A stretch of 64,000 bases of DNA from a candidate division FCPU426 bacterium (GTDB lineage Bacteria; Oederibacteriota; Muellerivitia; Muellerivitales; Muellerivitaceae): the NCBI GenBank assembly GCA_963830915.1, contig CAWHOE010000010.1:1-64000 (forward strand). Direction: 5' to 3'. Shown here piece by piece: positions 1 through 11,491 of this stretch. How positions within the stretch are numbered: position 1 is the stretch's first letter; the number at the start of each line of letters is the position of its first letter. The notes below the pieces were generated by a model. The model was not told where the DNA came from and ran no database searches. It worked only from the letters and a program-made list of their open reading frames with translations. The translations under genes and the position numbers were made by a program.

Positions 1-2
1 CG

Positions 3-3000
3 AGATCGCCACCGGAACAAACCGAGGTCGTCACCATGAACAACGGAACCTATGGCTTTGGCCTGCCCGCCGCGGGGAATTATTACATGGCCATGTTATT
101 CGACCAGCAAGGGACGGGTCAGCCGGCAGTGGGCGAGTCCTTCCAGTTCTATAACGGTCTTACGGGTTTTCCCGCCACCGCCATCCCGGTGAACGGGGCC
201 ACCAACATGAATTTCTCGTTCGGGGATTCGATCAAGATCAGCGGTATCGCGGGAACGGTCAGTTATACCGGCAGTCTGACGCCGGTCAGCCGGGGCCGGC
301 CCCTGGTTGTCAAGGCTTTCGCCGACCCTTATCTATCCGTTCCGGCCAACGTTCAGGGAAGCCAGGTCATCCAGAACAATGGGGGTTACAACCTGGCCAG
401 TTTCGATACCAATACCTATTATCTGGTGGCTTTCCTGGACGTTAACGGCGACGGCCAACTGGAGGCGGGCAAGCCCTACGAGATCTATCAGAACCAAACC
501 TACGGAAACGCCACGGCGGTTTCGGCCAGCCCTTCCAATACCTACACCAACTTCAGCTTCGGCGACGCGAACATCTGGGGCGGAGGGGCGCCCATGTCCA
601 CCCCCACGCCAGCGCCCTGGCCTTACACGGTCTCTGGAACGGTCAACTACACTGGCGCCTCCCCCGTCAACGCCTCCCATCCTGTTTACGTCTGTTTCGC
701 GGACAGTTCCTATCCCAACCTGGCAAAGTCGCCCGGATTGACTTATCCCTCCCAGCAGGCCAGTTTCAGTTTCTCGGTCAGCCTGCCTGGCCCGGGGTTC
801 TATTACCCGGTCTTTTACGTGGACGCCGCCGGGATCCACCAACCCGCCGCGGGTGACCCTTACGTCTTCTATAACAACCGGTCCTCCAAACCGGTGAACG
901 GCATCGACGTGCTGGGACCCTACAACCTGGGGACCGTCAATTTCGGCAGTCCCGCTACTCTTTTGCCGGGCATCGTGGGAACGTTCAGCTACAGCGGGAC
1001 CCAGGGAACCATCGGTTCCGGTTCCCAGGGCATTGTCATCCCCTATTATGACCAAAACCTTTATTTTCCCGTGCCCAACACAGGAACCGGGGTGCAGACC
1101 TCGGGTTCCGGTTACGAAATGCTGATGGACCCTGGGACCTATTACCTGCAGGGCTTCTTCGACAAGAACAACAACTTGAAATACGACATGGGCGAACCTT
1201 CCGAGTTCAGCGGGGGCGTTTGTGTGCCGCCAGCGGCGGCCATCAACGTTGCGGCCGGTCAACCAACGACCTTCAATTTCAACCTGACCGACGCCTGCAA
1301 CGCCAGCTACACCCCGGCTCCCACCCCTACGCCCGGTTACTTCATCACGGGCAACGCTTATTACCAGGGTTCCAAGGGCAATATTTCCTCGTCCTCTCCC
1401 TTCCTGATGTTTGTCTCCCGGAATCCCAACTTACAGGGCACCGGCAGCATAGGAGCGACGGTGACTTTCCAAGGAGGTGGTTTCTCCATCGGGGTGGAAC
1501 AACCCGGGGTTTATTACATCGGTTACATCCTGGACCTGAATGACAACGACAATCTGGATCCTGGCGAGCCTTTCCAGTTCTACAATGGCCACTACACCGT
1601 GCCCGCCGACCCCATTACGGTCTCCACATCGACCTCCCTGGGGGCGGTCACTCTGACCGACGCCTTCGTGGAGATAGGGGCATCCGGTACGGTCAGCTAT
1701 TCGGGAAGCCTCTATGCCGGGACGGTAGGGTCCAGCCGGCCCCTGAGGGTCCAGGCCTTCGCCGATCCAGCCTTGACCATCTATTATCAAGGAAGCAACG
1801 GGGTCGACGTCAATGGCGGTTCCTACAGCCTGACATTCGATCAGGGCGGAACCATTTATCTGAGGGCTTACCTGGACCTGACCGGGAGCGGCAGCTTCCA
1901 GGCGGGGGATCCCTATCAGATCTACGCCTTCAAGGGCAACCCGCCGGGTGATCCGGTCGCCATCTCCAGCGTTCCCCAGGTCGTGAATTTCATCTTCGGC
2001 GATGAGAACGCCGGGACCATCACGCCCATCAACACTCCGACCATTACGCCGACCCCCACCATCACCCCGACGGCCAGCCCCACCGCGACCCTGACGGCCC
2101 TGCCGAACCCGGGAGTGAGCTGGACCCTGGCCAACTGCGGTTCGGCCTTTTCGGCCCGCCAGGGCCAAGCGGCCTGTGTTTTCGACGACGGAACCGGATC
2201 CAAGATGTGGGTGCTGGGCGGCTACGGGGCCGGCAACGACAACGATGTCTGGAAGTCCTCGGATGGGATCAATTGGACGCCTTCCACCTCGGTCCGCGGC
2301 CTGGCCTGCCAGGTCCGGTCATAGCGCCCTGGCCTACAACGGCAAGCTTTGGGTGATGGCAGGCGCGAACGGCGGTGGCTACAACAACGATGTCTGGAAT
2401 TCCCCGAACGGCTCCAACTGGAACCAGGTAACTCCTGTGACGGTCTTCGGTAGCCGCAGCGGTCAGGAGGCCGTCAATTTCGCCGGCAAGATGTGGGTCA
2501 TTGGGGGGGTCGGGCCGGGAGGCTGCTGCAACGGCGGTTACTATAAGGATGTGTGGTACTCCACCGACGGGGCGACCTGGTCCGCCGCTACCACGGCGGC
2601 GGGGTTCGGTCCCCGGGCCCATTTCGGATGCGCGGTCTTCATGGGCAAGATGTGGGTTATCGGCGGGATGGACGGGATTTCCCAGAGGAACGATGTGTGG
2701 AATTCGTTTGACGGCATCACCTGGACCCCGATCAACAACTCTTGTCCCTGGGCCATTCGCGATAGTCTTCAAGTGGCGGTCTATAACAACATGCTTTGGG
2801 TCCTGGGGGGCCAGAATGGTAACGGTACCAACGAATACGACGACGCTTGGTATTCACCCGACGGTTCCACCTGGACCTCCGCCACCACCACCGCCCAATA
2901 TCCGGCCCGGGACACACACTCGGCCCTTACTTTCAACAACCAGCTTTGGGTCCTGGCGGGGGAAAAGGATCCCGGCGGTCCCGTGCTGGGCGACGTCTGG

Positions 3001-6000
3001 TACTCGCCCTTGGGCGGGACGGTCACGCCGGTACCGACTTGCCCACCGACCAATACGCCCACAGTCACCAGCACCGCGACCCCAACCGCGACCGACACTT
3101 GTGTGCAGTTGGACCTGTCCTTCAATTCTACCGGGATGGACCAGCCGAGTTTTGGGCTCAACGCTTATCCGGGAAGGTTGACGCTGGACCCGGCCGGAAA
3201 GATCTTGCAAGTCGGCTCGGGAGATGACGGGACCTATAACTATGGCCTATTGGCCCGCTACAACGCGGACGGCACGATCGATTCCACCTTCGGTACCTCT
3301 GCCGTCAATTTTGATTTCAATGATGTGAAGGTGGATAGCGGCGGCGGGATATTGGTGGCCGGAAGCGACGCCTCGTCCCGTTTGGCGGTCTGGCGGTTGT
3401 TGAACAACGGTAATGTGGATTCGTCCTTCGGGACCTCGGGGGAATTCTCCGTTGGTTCTTTGGCGGGGGGAACGATGGACCAGGCCAACGCCCTGGCCAT
3501 CGACCAATTGGGACGCATTGTGCTGACGGGCCAGAGCAAGAACGCGGCGGGACATTATGAGATGGTCGTGATGCGGCTTTCTTCCTTGGGTGTTCCGGAT
3601 GCCACCTTCGGGCCGGGGGGCGCAAGGTTGTTCACCAACACCGCCGGCGGCAACGGGGACGATGTCGGCAACGCCGTCAAGATAGACAGTTTGGGTAATA
3701 TCCTGGTGACAGGCTCCAGCGTGGCCGCCACGGGGAAAACCGACATGGTCCTCTGGCGGATATCCTCTACTGGAACATTGGACAGCTCCCTCAACGGGTC
3801 GGGGTTCGTGCTGAAGGCCAACACGGCCGGGGCAAACTATTCGGATTCGGGAAATTCCCTGGTTTTGGATGTCTCGGGCAACATACTGGTAGTGGGTTCC
3901 AGTACCAATAACACCACCTTATCTCAAATGGTCGTCTGGCGTTTCACTTCCGGCGGCTTGATCGACCCCGGTTTCGGGGGAGGGACCGGATACATCCTTT
4001 ATACCGATCCCCAATATCCGGGATGGGGTGCGGGTTCGGATATTAGCCTGGATATGAACGGCCGGATACTGGCCAGCGGGGTCTGCGCTTCAGGTCCAAA
4101 CGCCTATAACAACATCATCATCCGGCTTCTTTCGACCGGGACATTGGATCCGGCGTTCGCGGGAGGACAAGCGCGCCAGCCCCAGTCCGGTTCCTATTTA
4201 CCCGAATATGTTTTGACTTACCTCGGCCAGGATACCTCAAACCGTATCTTGCTGTCCGGGGGCATCAACGAAAGTCAATACGGCGGTAATATGGCGGCTT
4301 GGCGATATGTGGATATCTGTTCGACATTCAATACGCCCACCCCCAGCCCGACGGTCACTCCCACGCCTACTTCGACTGCGACCTACGCTCCTTTCCAAAG
4401 TTCCCTGTTCTACCTCTATGACGCCACCTCCATCACGCCCGGCGCTCCCACCAAGTTGATGGGAAACTCCTTCGGCGTGGCCTACAACACGCTTAGCGCC
4501 ACCGCCAGTTCGGTCGGCTCGTTCTTGATCGGGTCCTGGGTTTCCGACCCCCTGAACAACCCCACTATCCCCCCTGGCAATTGGGACTTCGCCCTGGTCG
4601 GTTACGAGTCAGGGACGGCCAGCGGCTGCGCTTATTTCCATATGAAGGTTTACGACTACTCCGCCGCCGGACCTACCACCACCTTGCTGTTCGAGTCGGT
4701 GGCTCCCACGGCCCTTTCGAGCGCGCCCAACAGCACGACCTTTTGGACCGCCGCTGAACCCACCTTCACCCTCCCCTTGAGGGACAAGCTTTATACCGAG
4801 ATATATGTGGACAAGTCTTGCGCCACTTCCTCTACTTGTATTCTCCAATACGGCGGAAGCCCCGCCTATTCCCGGTTCGACGCGCCCGGCGTGGGTACCG
4901 GCGCCAATGACAAGTTCGGGAACCGGTCCGTCATCGGCTCCCCCGTGACCTTCACCATGAACGCCAGCGTCAACAAGACCAGCATGAGGTTCACGGCCAA
5001 CAGCGCGGGCACCCTGTCGGCGGTCCAGTTCTATATGTTGAGCGTGACCGGAAGCCCCGGTTACAAAGTGTCCATCCAGGGCGATTCCGCGGGAGTGCCC
5101 AATGGGGTCCTGGCCCCGGCCACTAATTTCACCCCTGCGGCAGGTTGGAACAATGTCACCCTGGGAACCTCGGTCGCGGTCACGGCGGGGGGAACCTACC
5201 ATGTGGTCGTGGAATGGGACGGTTTATCGATCCTGGGCACCAATACCGCCAGCCTGCTCCAAGGAACGGCCCCCGATACAGGGTATCTGCCCTTGAACCA
5301 GACCTTCAGCGGGGCCTTGGGTGTAGCCCAGAACACGGGATCGGGCTGGCAGGCCACCAGTATCATGCCGGTGTTCCTGGTGGATGTGAGCGGGACCTGG
5401 GTCGGGAATCCCCTGGCGGAGTCTGGCGGGAGCGGCATCCTGGGGAACAGTTATCTGGCCCAGCGTTTCCGTGTGGTCAGTTCGCCCTTGACCATAGCCT
5501 CGGTCAGCGCTTTCGTTTCCCAGGTCGGCGCCACGGTGCCTTTGGACAACCTTTATTGGGAGATTCGTAACTCAGGGACCAATGTGGTTGTCCCAGGCGG
5601 GTCGGGTACCTTGATAACGGCCCAGACCATGTCCTCCCCCGGATGGGTGGGGAACCTGATCCCAACCCTGATCTTGGCCCCGGGCAACTACCGCCTGGTC
5701 CTCAAGAGCCCCTTGTCCACCGCCACCAGCTACTATTATTGGCCGGCCCAGGACCCTGTCTCGACCGTCGCGCCCTATATCTCCAACACCTACGACGGGG
5801 TCACCTCTTATAGTGAATCCTCGGGGGACGGGGGAAATACCTTCAATCCCATGTCCGCGTCCCTGAACAATGATTTTGGTTTCGACTTCCTGCCTGGGAC
5901 CAGCAGCGTGCCGACCTTTACCCCGACCGGGACCCCTTCCGGCACACCGACCAACACGGTAAATGCCACCTCTACGAATTCACCGACCAACACCAAGACT

Positions 6001-7239
6001 CCGACGCCTACCAACACCGCGACTTTAACAGCCACCAATAGCACTACCAATTCCGCCACTGGAACACCAACCAACTCCGCCACCCAAACGCCTACCAATA
6101 GCGCGACCAACTCAGCCACACAAACAGCCACCAATACTCCGACTAATTCGACTACGAACACCGCGACCAGTACGGCGACAGCCACGAATACCGTTACCAA
6201 TTCCTCGACCAATACGGCCACCAATAGCGCGACCAACACCGCCACGCAAACAGCCACCAATACCGCGACTAACTCGGCAACGAACACAGCGACCAATAGC
6301 AGGACCAATACCGCGACTAATACCGTGACCAATACGGCCACCACCACCGCTACGAATACGGCGACGGCCACAAATACCGTAACGAATACGACGACCAATA
6401 CGGGGACCTCGACCGCGACCTTGACCGCTTCTTCGACCGCGACCAGCACGAGTACCAACACCGTCACTAACACGGTCACTAATAGCGCTACGAACACGGC
6501 GACAAGAACGGCGACTAGTACGGCCACGAACACACTGACCAATACCGCCACAAATACCGCTACGCCGACCAGTACCTTCACCAATTCCGCGACGGCTTCC
6601 GCCACTTATACCCCGACCAACTCAGCCACTCAAACCTCCACCAACAGCCCGACGAACACGGTCACGACCACTTATACGCCCACCAACTCGGCGACCCTGA
6701 CCGCTACCTTGACGGCGACCAACAGCGCCACGCCCACCAATTCCCGGACAGCGTCCATGACCAATACCCCTACCGCCACCGCGACGAATAGCTCGACCCC
6801 CACGAATTCGCCTACCCGAACATCCACCTTTACACCGACCTTGACATCTACATTTACCGATACCTTGACCGCTACCTTCACGGCCACCATTACCTTTACT
6901 CCGACCATTACCTATTCGCCCACGACCACCAGTTCGCCGACCCAAAGCCCAACGCCCAACGCGGCCCTTTACCTGGACAGCAATTTCTTCAATCCGAACC
7001 TAACGGCTTTGGGTATGGACGTGAGAGTGGATAACGCCGGGGAAGTGAAGATCGATGTATTCAATTTGGTTGGGGAAGAGGTCGAAAAATTAGTGGATCA
7101 GACCCTCTCTCCGGGCAACTACCGCTTCAGCTGGGATGGGCGTAACAGCGGGGGAGCCGTCGTGGGGAACGCGGTTTACTTCATCGTCATTCAACAACCT
7201 TCCGGCAAACTGGTCCGTAAAGTCATCGTCCTGAGATAA
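3..7239 (+). CDS. Giant surface protein, 5'-partial and frameshifted at ~2292: repeated Ca-loop beta-sandwich modules, 6-blade Kelch-like propeller, delta-60 (DUF5122-like) propeller, further beta-rich domains, Thr-rich stalk, C-terminal FlgD-Ig/T9SS-A-like domain
   Basis: ORF 36..2324 is open back to base 3. It ends inside a Kelch repeat (WTPSTS) that continues in ORF 2176..7239 (SAAWPARSGHSALAYNGKLWV). Removing one G at 2291/2292 joins them into >2400 aa with six complete blades. Motifs: DVNGDG and DLNDNDNLD loops, DSxFGxxG delta-60 repeats, tail NFFNP...VFNLVGEEV...WDGRN...VYF...RKVIVLR. Confidence 0.8.
5905..6960 (+). repeat. Coding low-complexity repeat, ~350 aa of TNTA/TNSA/TPT units
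   Basis: Degenerate 12-bp ACCAAYACSGCS-type units encoding a Thr-rich stalk; produces antisense V/A/L shadow ORFs. Confidence 0.9.
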
Positions 7240-7358
7240 AGAACGATCTCCTTTTCGGTCCTTGAAAATCCCTCCAAAATTTAAATGAAATACTCAAGTT
7301 GGCCCCGATATACTGAGGATTCCTCGATGGAACTATAACTCTATAGGGAGAACATCCA

Positions 7359-8697
7359 ATGGCCGATCAACCGAAGAACAACCCAACCAACATCAAAGGT
7401 CTGAAAATGACGCCGCCGCGCAAGGCCTCGATCGCCATCATGATCGCGACGGCGGTCATCGTCATCGGGCTCCTTTGGCTTTTTTCCGCCATGCACCCGC
7501 TCCCGCCCAGGGTTATTACCATGGCTACCGGTCCGGAAGGCAGTTCCTACGCCTATTTCGGGAAACGCTACAAATTGCTGTTGGCCAAATACGGCATCGA
7601 ATTGCGTTTAGTCCCGACCGTGGGCGGGGTGGAGAACCTTAAATTGCTTCGGGACCCCAGGTCTGGGGTCCAGCTGGGCTTTGTGGAAGGCGGGGTCGCG
7701 AAAGAAGACGACGACCAGGCCTTGGATTCCCTCGGAACGGTGGGATACGAGCCGGTCTTTTTCTTCTCCCATAAGCTGGGGACGGACCGGATCCTTTACG
7801 CCATGCAGGGCAAAAAGGTGGCGGTTGGGCCCGAGGGAAGCGATTCCCGAGCTCTAGTGGAGGAATTGCTCCACCGCAACTCGCTAGACAGCAAGATGTT
7901 CCAGGCTATACCCCTGGAGCCGGAAAACGCGGCCGAACAATTGATCCAGGGAAAGGTCGACGCGGCCATTATCATGCAAAGCTGGGGTTCGCCCATCGTC
8001 ACAAGGCTAATCAACGCTCCTGGCATCGACCTCGCCAATTTCGCCAGGGCCGACGCTTACGTTGCTATTTTTCCCTCTGTATACAAGCTGGTCCTGCCCC
8101 AGGGTGTGGGGAACCTGAAGACGCAACAAACCCCCCAAGGACACCATCCTTCTGGCCACCAAGACCAGCTTGATCGTCAAGAGCGACCTCCATCCGGCCC
8201 TTCAATATTTGTTGCTTGAAGTGGCTTCCCAGGTCCATTCCAAGGGAGGGATATTCAAAAAACCCGGCGAATTTCCCGCGCCCGAATCGCTGGAGATAGG
8301 CCTAAGCCCGGACGCCCGCCATTATTACAAATCCGGCCGACCCTTCCTGCAACGCTACCTGCCATTCTGGCTGGCGGTCTTGGTGGAACAGATCGTCGTA
8401 TTACTGATCCCTGTCCTGGGATTGATCTATCCACTGGTTAAAGGCTTGATGTCCCTGGTCGGGTGGGGCATGCAAAGGAGGATATTCCTGCTTTACGGCG
8501 AACTTCATTGGCTGGAGGCGGAGATCAACAAATTGGGTGACCGCCCGCCGACCCAGGAGATTTTGGACCGCATGAAGCACCTGGAAGACCGAGCTAACCG
8601 GGTGAGGGTGTCTTCCCAATACATCCCAATGCTCTATAGTCTCAAGGAAACCGTAGCTTTTGTGAGGGGGAGATTGGATAGGTTCCAGAAGGGGTAA
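7359..8697 (+). CDS. TAXI-family TRAP solute-binding protein with C-terminal membrane region, split by a +1 frameshift at ~8124 (pseudogene or sequence error)
   Basis: ATGPEGSSY, GGVENL and VAVGPEGS motifs in 7359..8219. Removing one base at ~8121-8124 gives GNLKTNKPPKDTILLATKTSLIVKSDLHPALQYLLL, continuing into 8170..8697 (~445 aa total). Confidence 0.8.
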
Positions 8698-8699
8698 CC

Positions 8700-8918
8700 A
8701 TGCCGTCCGACGATCCCATCCGTCCTATCGAATCGACCGCTACTTCCGACGGCTATAGGGGCGCGAGGGATTTCATCCTAAGGCCCCTTCAGCCCCTCAA
8801 GTCCTTTTCCCGCTACCTGCGCTACCAAATGATCCTTCAGAGACGCAAGAACCGGCAAAACAGGAAGCGCCAGGAGCCCCCGGGCCCGCCTTCCTCAGGT
8901 TTGGACATCCAGGCCTGA
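8700..8918 (+). CDS. Small hypothetical protein
   Basis: ATG 2 nt after the TAXI stop; basic C-terminus; no recognisable motif. Confidence 0.35.
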   Translation: MPSDDPIRPIESTATSDGYRGARDFILRPLQPLKSFSRYLRYQMILQRRKNRQNRKRQEPPGPPSSGLDIQA

Positions 8919-8999
8919 AGGGATCACGGAAGGGTATCCGGGCCTCGCTGTTTCCACTAAAATGACTTTGTCGCTAGTCTATCTGCCCGAGGTAACGAT

Positions 9000-9680
9000 A
9001 TGAACCGTCGGACCGTAGAATCCATCGCCAAGACCATTGACCACTCCCTCTTGAAGCCCACCCTGACCGATCAGGAATTGCTCGACGGCCTGCAGACCGC
9101 CAAGAAATACAAGACCGCTTCGGTCTGCATCAAGCCCTATTTCGTCTCGCGCGCGGTCGAGGTCCTGGAATTCTCTGGGGTGGCTGTCGGCACGGTGATC
9201 GGGTTCCCCCACGGGTCCCAGGCCACGTCGGTGAAGATCATGGAAACCCACCAGGCCATCCAGCATGGCGCCCAGGAACTGGACATGGTGGTCAACATCG
9301 GCAAGGTCCTGAGCGGGGATTGGCTCTATGTGGAGACCGACATCCGGGCCGTGGTGAACCTATGCAAGGGGAACGCGGCGGTCAGCAAGGTCATCTTTGA
9401 GAATTGCTACCTAAAGGACGAGCACAAGATCCGCCTTTGCGAGATATGCGAAAAGGTCGGGGCGGATTTCGCTAAGACTTCCACCGGATACGGGGATAGC
9501 GGGGCTACCGACCTGGACCTGAAGCTCATGAGGGCCCACTTGTCGCCCGCAGTGCAGGTCAAGGCGGCGGGGGGCATCCGCACCCTGGACCGTCTGTTGG
9601 AAGTATTGGACCTGGGGGTCACGAGGGTAGGTGCCACGGCGACCGCCGCCATCCTGGACGATGCGGCCAAGCGTTTCTAG
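9000..9680 (+). CDS. deoC: Deoxyribose-phosphate aldolase
   Basis: IDHSLLKP, VIGFPHG, ELDMVVNIG, KVIFE, KTSTG and VKAAGGIR motifs. Confidence 0.95.
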   Translation: MNRRTVESIAKTIDHSLLKPTLTDQELLDGLQTAKKYKTASVCIKPYFVSRAVEVLEFSGVAVGTVIGFPHGSQATSVKIMETHQAIQHGAQELDMVVNIGKVLSGDWLYVETDIRAVVNLCKGNAAVSKVIFENCYLKDEHKIRLCEICEKVGADFAKTSTGYGDSGATDLDLKLMRAHLSPAVQVKAAGGIRTLDRLLEVLDLGVTRVGATATAAILDDAAKRF

Positions 9681-9808
9681 TTGTAGGTTATTCGAGAAAC
9701 CTTAAGGACTATTGCCGCCGAGCCTGAATTAGCTCGACTGTTTTTTGGGGTTGGAATAAAATCCCTCACAAGCTTCAGTTTCCAAAAAGAAACCAAGGAG
9801 AGAGAGAA

Positions 9809-10444
9809 ATGGTCCAGTTCAAGAGTGCTGTTCTGTTGATGGCGGTCGGGATGTTGACGTCGACCGGAGTATTGTGGGCGGATAACGCGGCTCCCGCGGC
9901 TACACCCGCGCCCGCTACTACCGCTGTGGCCAAGCCCAAAGCGGCTAAGGTGGATAGCCCGGCTGTCGCTTCCATGAAAGCCGCCATCGCGCTGGCGGAA
10001 GCCGGCAAGACCGACGAGGCCGTCGCGGCCTATGAGAAGATGGGCGTGCTGAAGTCCAAGAAGATGGAAGCCTGGAGACTGAACAACGAGGGTCTGGCCT
10101 ATCTGACGGCCAAAGAACCGGCGCTCGACAAGGCCTTGCCGTTATTTGAGAAAGCCACGGCCACCGACGACAGCAACTATGTCGCCTGGAACAACCTGGG
10201 ATCGGTCTATGAACAGACCGGGGCCCTGGACAAGGCCAAGGACGCCTATCAAAAGTCGATCGACGCAGCGAAAGCGGTCAACGCCAGTTCCGCCAAGGCG
10301 GAAGGAAATCTCGCGGCTTTGCAACCCCGTTTGGACAAGCTGGCCGCCAAGCAAGCCAAAATGGATGCCAAGAATGGCAAGAAACCTGACGCGAAGGTTA
10401 CCCCTGCCGCCACTCCGAAAGCCGGAGACGACGACTCGAAGTAA
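9809..10444 (+). CDS. Exported TPR-repeat protein
   Basis: Signal peptide; AWRLNNEGLAY and AWNNLGSVY...AKDAYQKSI TPR motifs; AAGGAG RBS. Confidence 0.85.
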   Translation: MVQFKSAVLLMAVGMLTSTGVLWADNAAPAATPAPATTAVAKPKAAKVDSPAVASMKAAIALAEAGKTDEAVAAYEKMGVLKSKKMEAWRLNNEGLAYLTAKEPALDKALPLFEKATATDDSNYVAWNNLGSVYEQTGALDKAKDAYQKSIDAAKAVNASSAKAEGNLAALQPRLDKLAAKQAKMDAKNGKKPDAKVTPAATPKAGDDDSK

Positions 10445-10462
10445 GTTTTTTTTGGACCGCAG

Positions 10463-11491
10463 CTAGTCCATCATCAAGCCCCGCCTGATCATGATCGGGT
10501 GGGGCTTTTTTATTTCCGGGGTTGGCGAGGGAACCGCGGTCGGGACCATGTCCGGGACCGGGGTGGGGGTGGGCTTGGCGTGCTTGGCCAGTTTCTGGCC
10601 CCCGGGAAGGGCGATACCCATTTGGGCCGCGGCGGCGTCCATGGTGCCCTTCATGGGGATGAAATAGACCGGGATGTATTTCTTGGAGTGGACCCGGCCC
10701 CGATGGTCCATGTGGTAGACATAGAGCACCTGGTTGTGTTTGAAGGGTTGGCCGATGGGGATGATGATGCGGCCGCCGGGCTTGAGCTGTTTGAAGAGCG
10801 GCGGCGGGACGAACTGGGCCACGCAGGTGAACATGATGATATTGAACCCGCCGTCGACCTCCTTCCAGCCGTAATAACCGTCACCCACCCTGGTATGGAC
10901 GTTGGTATATCCCAGGGGCTTGAAGATCTTGGATACATCCTCTCCCAGCGGCTTGATGATCTCGATGGAATAGGCGTCCTTGACCAGTCTGGACAGCAAT
11001 GAAATGTTATACCCGCTCCCCGTCCCCACTTCCAATACCGTGTCTTTCGACCTGGGATGGGCCAACTGGGCCATGTAGGCCTGGCCTTCGTAATCGCTCA
11101 AGGCTGAGCCCCAGCCCAGGGCCCAGGTGCGGGGCGGGTATTCATAGGCGGTCTTCGAAAAATCCACCCCTCCCTGGTAGTCGAAATGGAAGTACTCTCG
11201 CGGAAGGTCCTGGAAGGCTTGCAGGAGCCTGGGGTCGGCTTCGCCGAATTTTCGGTAAAGATAATGCCGGATGTCCTTGATCATTGCCGGCTTGCGTTCC
11301 TGGACCTTCTCGAATTCAGAAGCGGTCAAATGGGTGGGCCGTTTGCTCTTTTTGAAAGCCTTCAGGTATTTCTTGTAGGTCCAATCCGGACCGGTCTTGG
11401 CCGGGGCAGAAGCTGGTGTTACTTGGGCCATTAAGGATGCGCTCGTGAGAAGAAGGAAGACGAAGGCGGATAACCAGGCGCGGGGGTTCAT
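10463..11491 (-). CDS. pcm: Protein-L-isoaspartate O-methyltransferase-like protein with N-terminal signal peptide
   Basis: PREYF, VLEVGTGSGY (SAM motif I), GDGYYGW, QLKPGGRIIIPIG, VYFIPM; N-terminus MNPRAWLSAFVFLLLTSASLMA-Q. Confidence 0.8.
   Translation of the reverse strand: MNPRAWLSAFVFLLLTSASLMAQVTPASAPAKTGPDWTYKKYLKAFKKSKRPTHLTASEFEKVQERKPAMIKDIRHYLYRKFGEADPRLLQAFQDLPREYFHFDYQGGVDFSKTAYEYPPRTWALGWGSALSDYEGQAYMAQLAHPRSKDTVLEVGTGSGYNISLLSRLVKDAYSIEIIKPLGEDVSKIFKPLGYTNVHTRVGDGYYGWKEVDGGFNIIMFTCVAQFVPPPLFKQLKPGGRIIIPIGQPFKHNQVLYVYHMDHRGRVHSKKYIPVYFIPMKGTMDAAAAQMGIALPGGQKLAKHAKPTPTPVPDMVPTAVPSPTPEIKKPHPIMIRRGLMMD
10476..10511 (+). terminator. Intrinsic terminator of the TPR gene, lying inside the 3' end of the convergent pcm ORF
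   Basis: AAGCCCCGCCTGATC-AT-GATCGGGTGGGGCTT followed by a T-run. Confidence 0.7.

Noticed and set aside
5808..6908. Antisense Val/Ala/Leu-rich ORFs that look like membrane proteins (also 32729..32977 and 61778..61969)
   Set aside because: They are reverse-complement shadows of Thr-rich linker codons.
5905..6960. Periodic repeats as a CRISPR array or DGR
   Set aside because: In-frame degenerate coding repeats without spacers; no cas or reverse transcriptase gene in the window.
2280..8130. Programmed frameshifting or phase variation at the two frameshifts
   Set aside because: No slippery heptamer or long simple repeat at 2292. The C6 run near 8131 is short, and the exact indel position there cannot be fixed from sequence alone.
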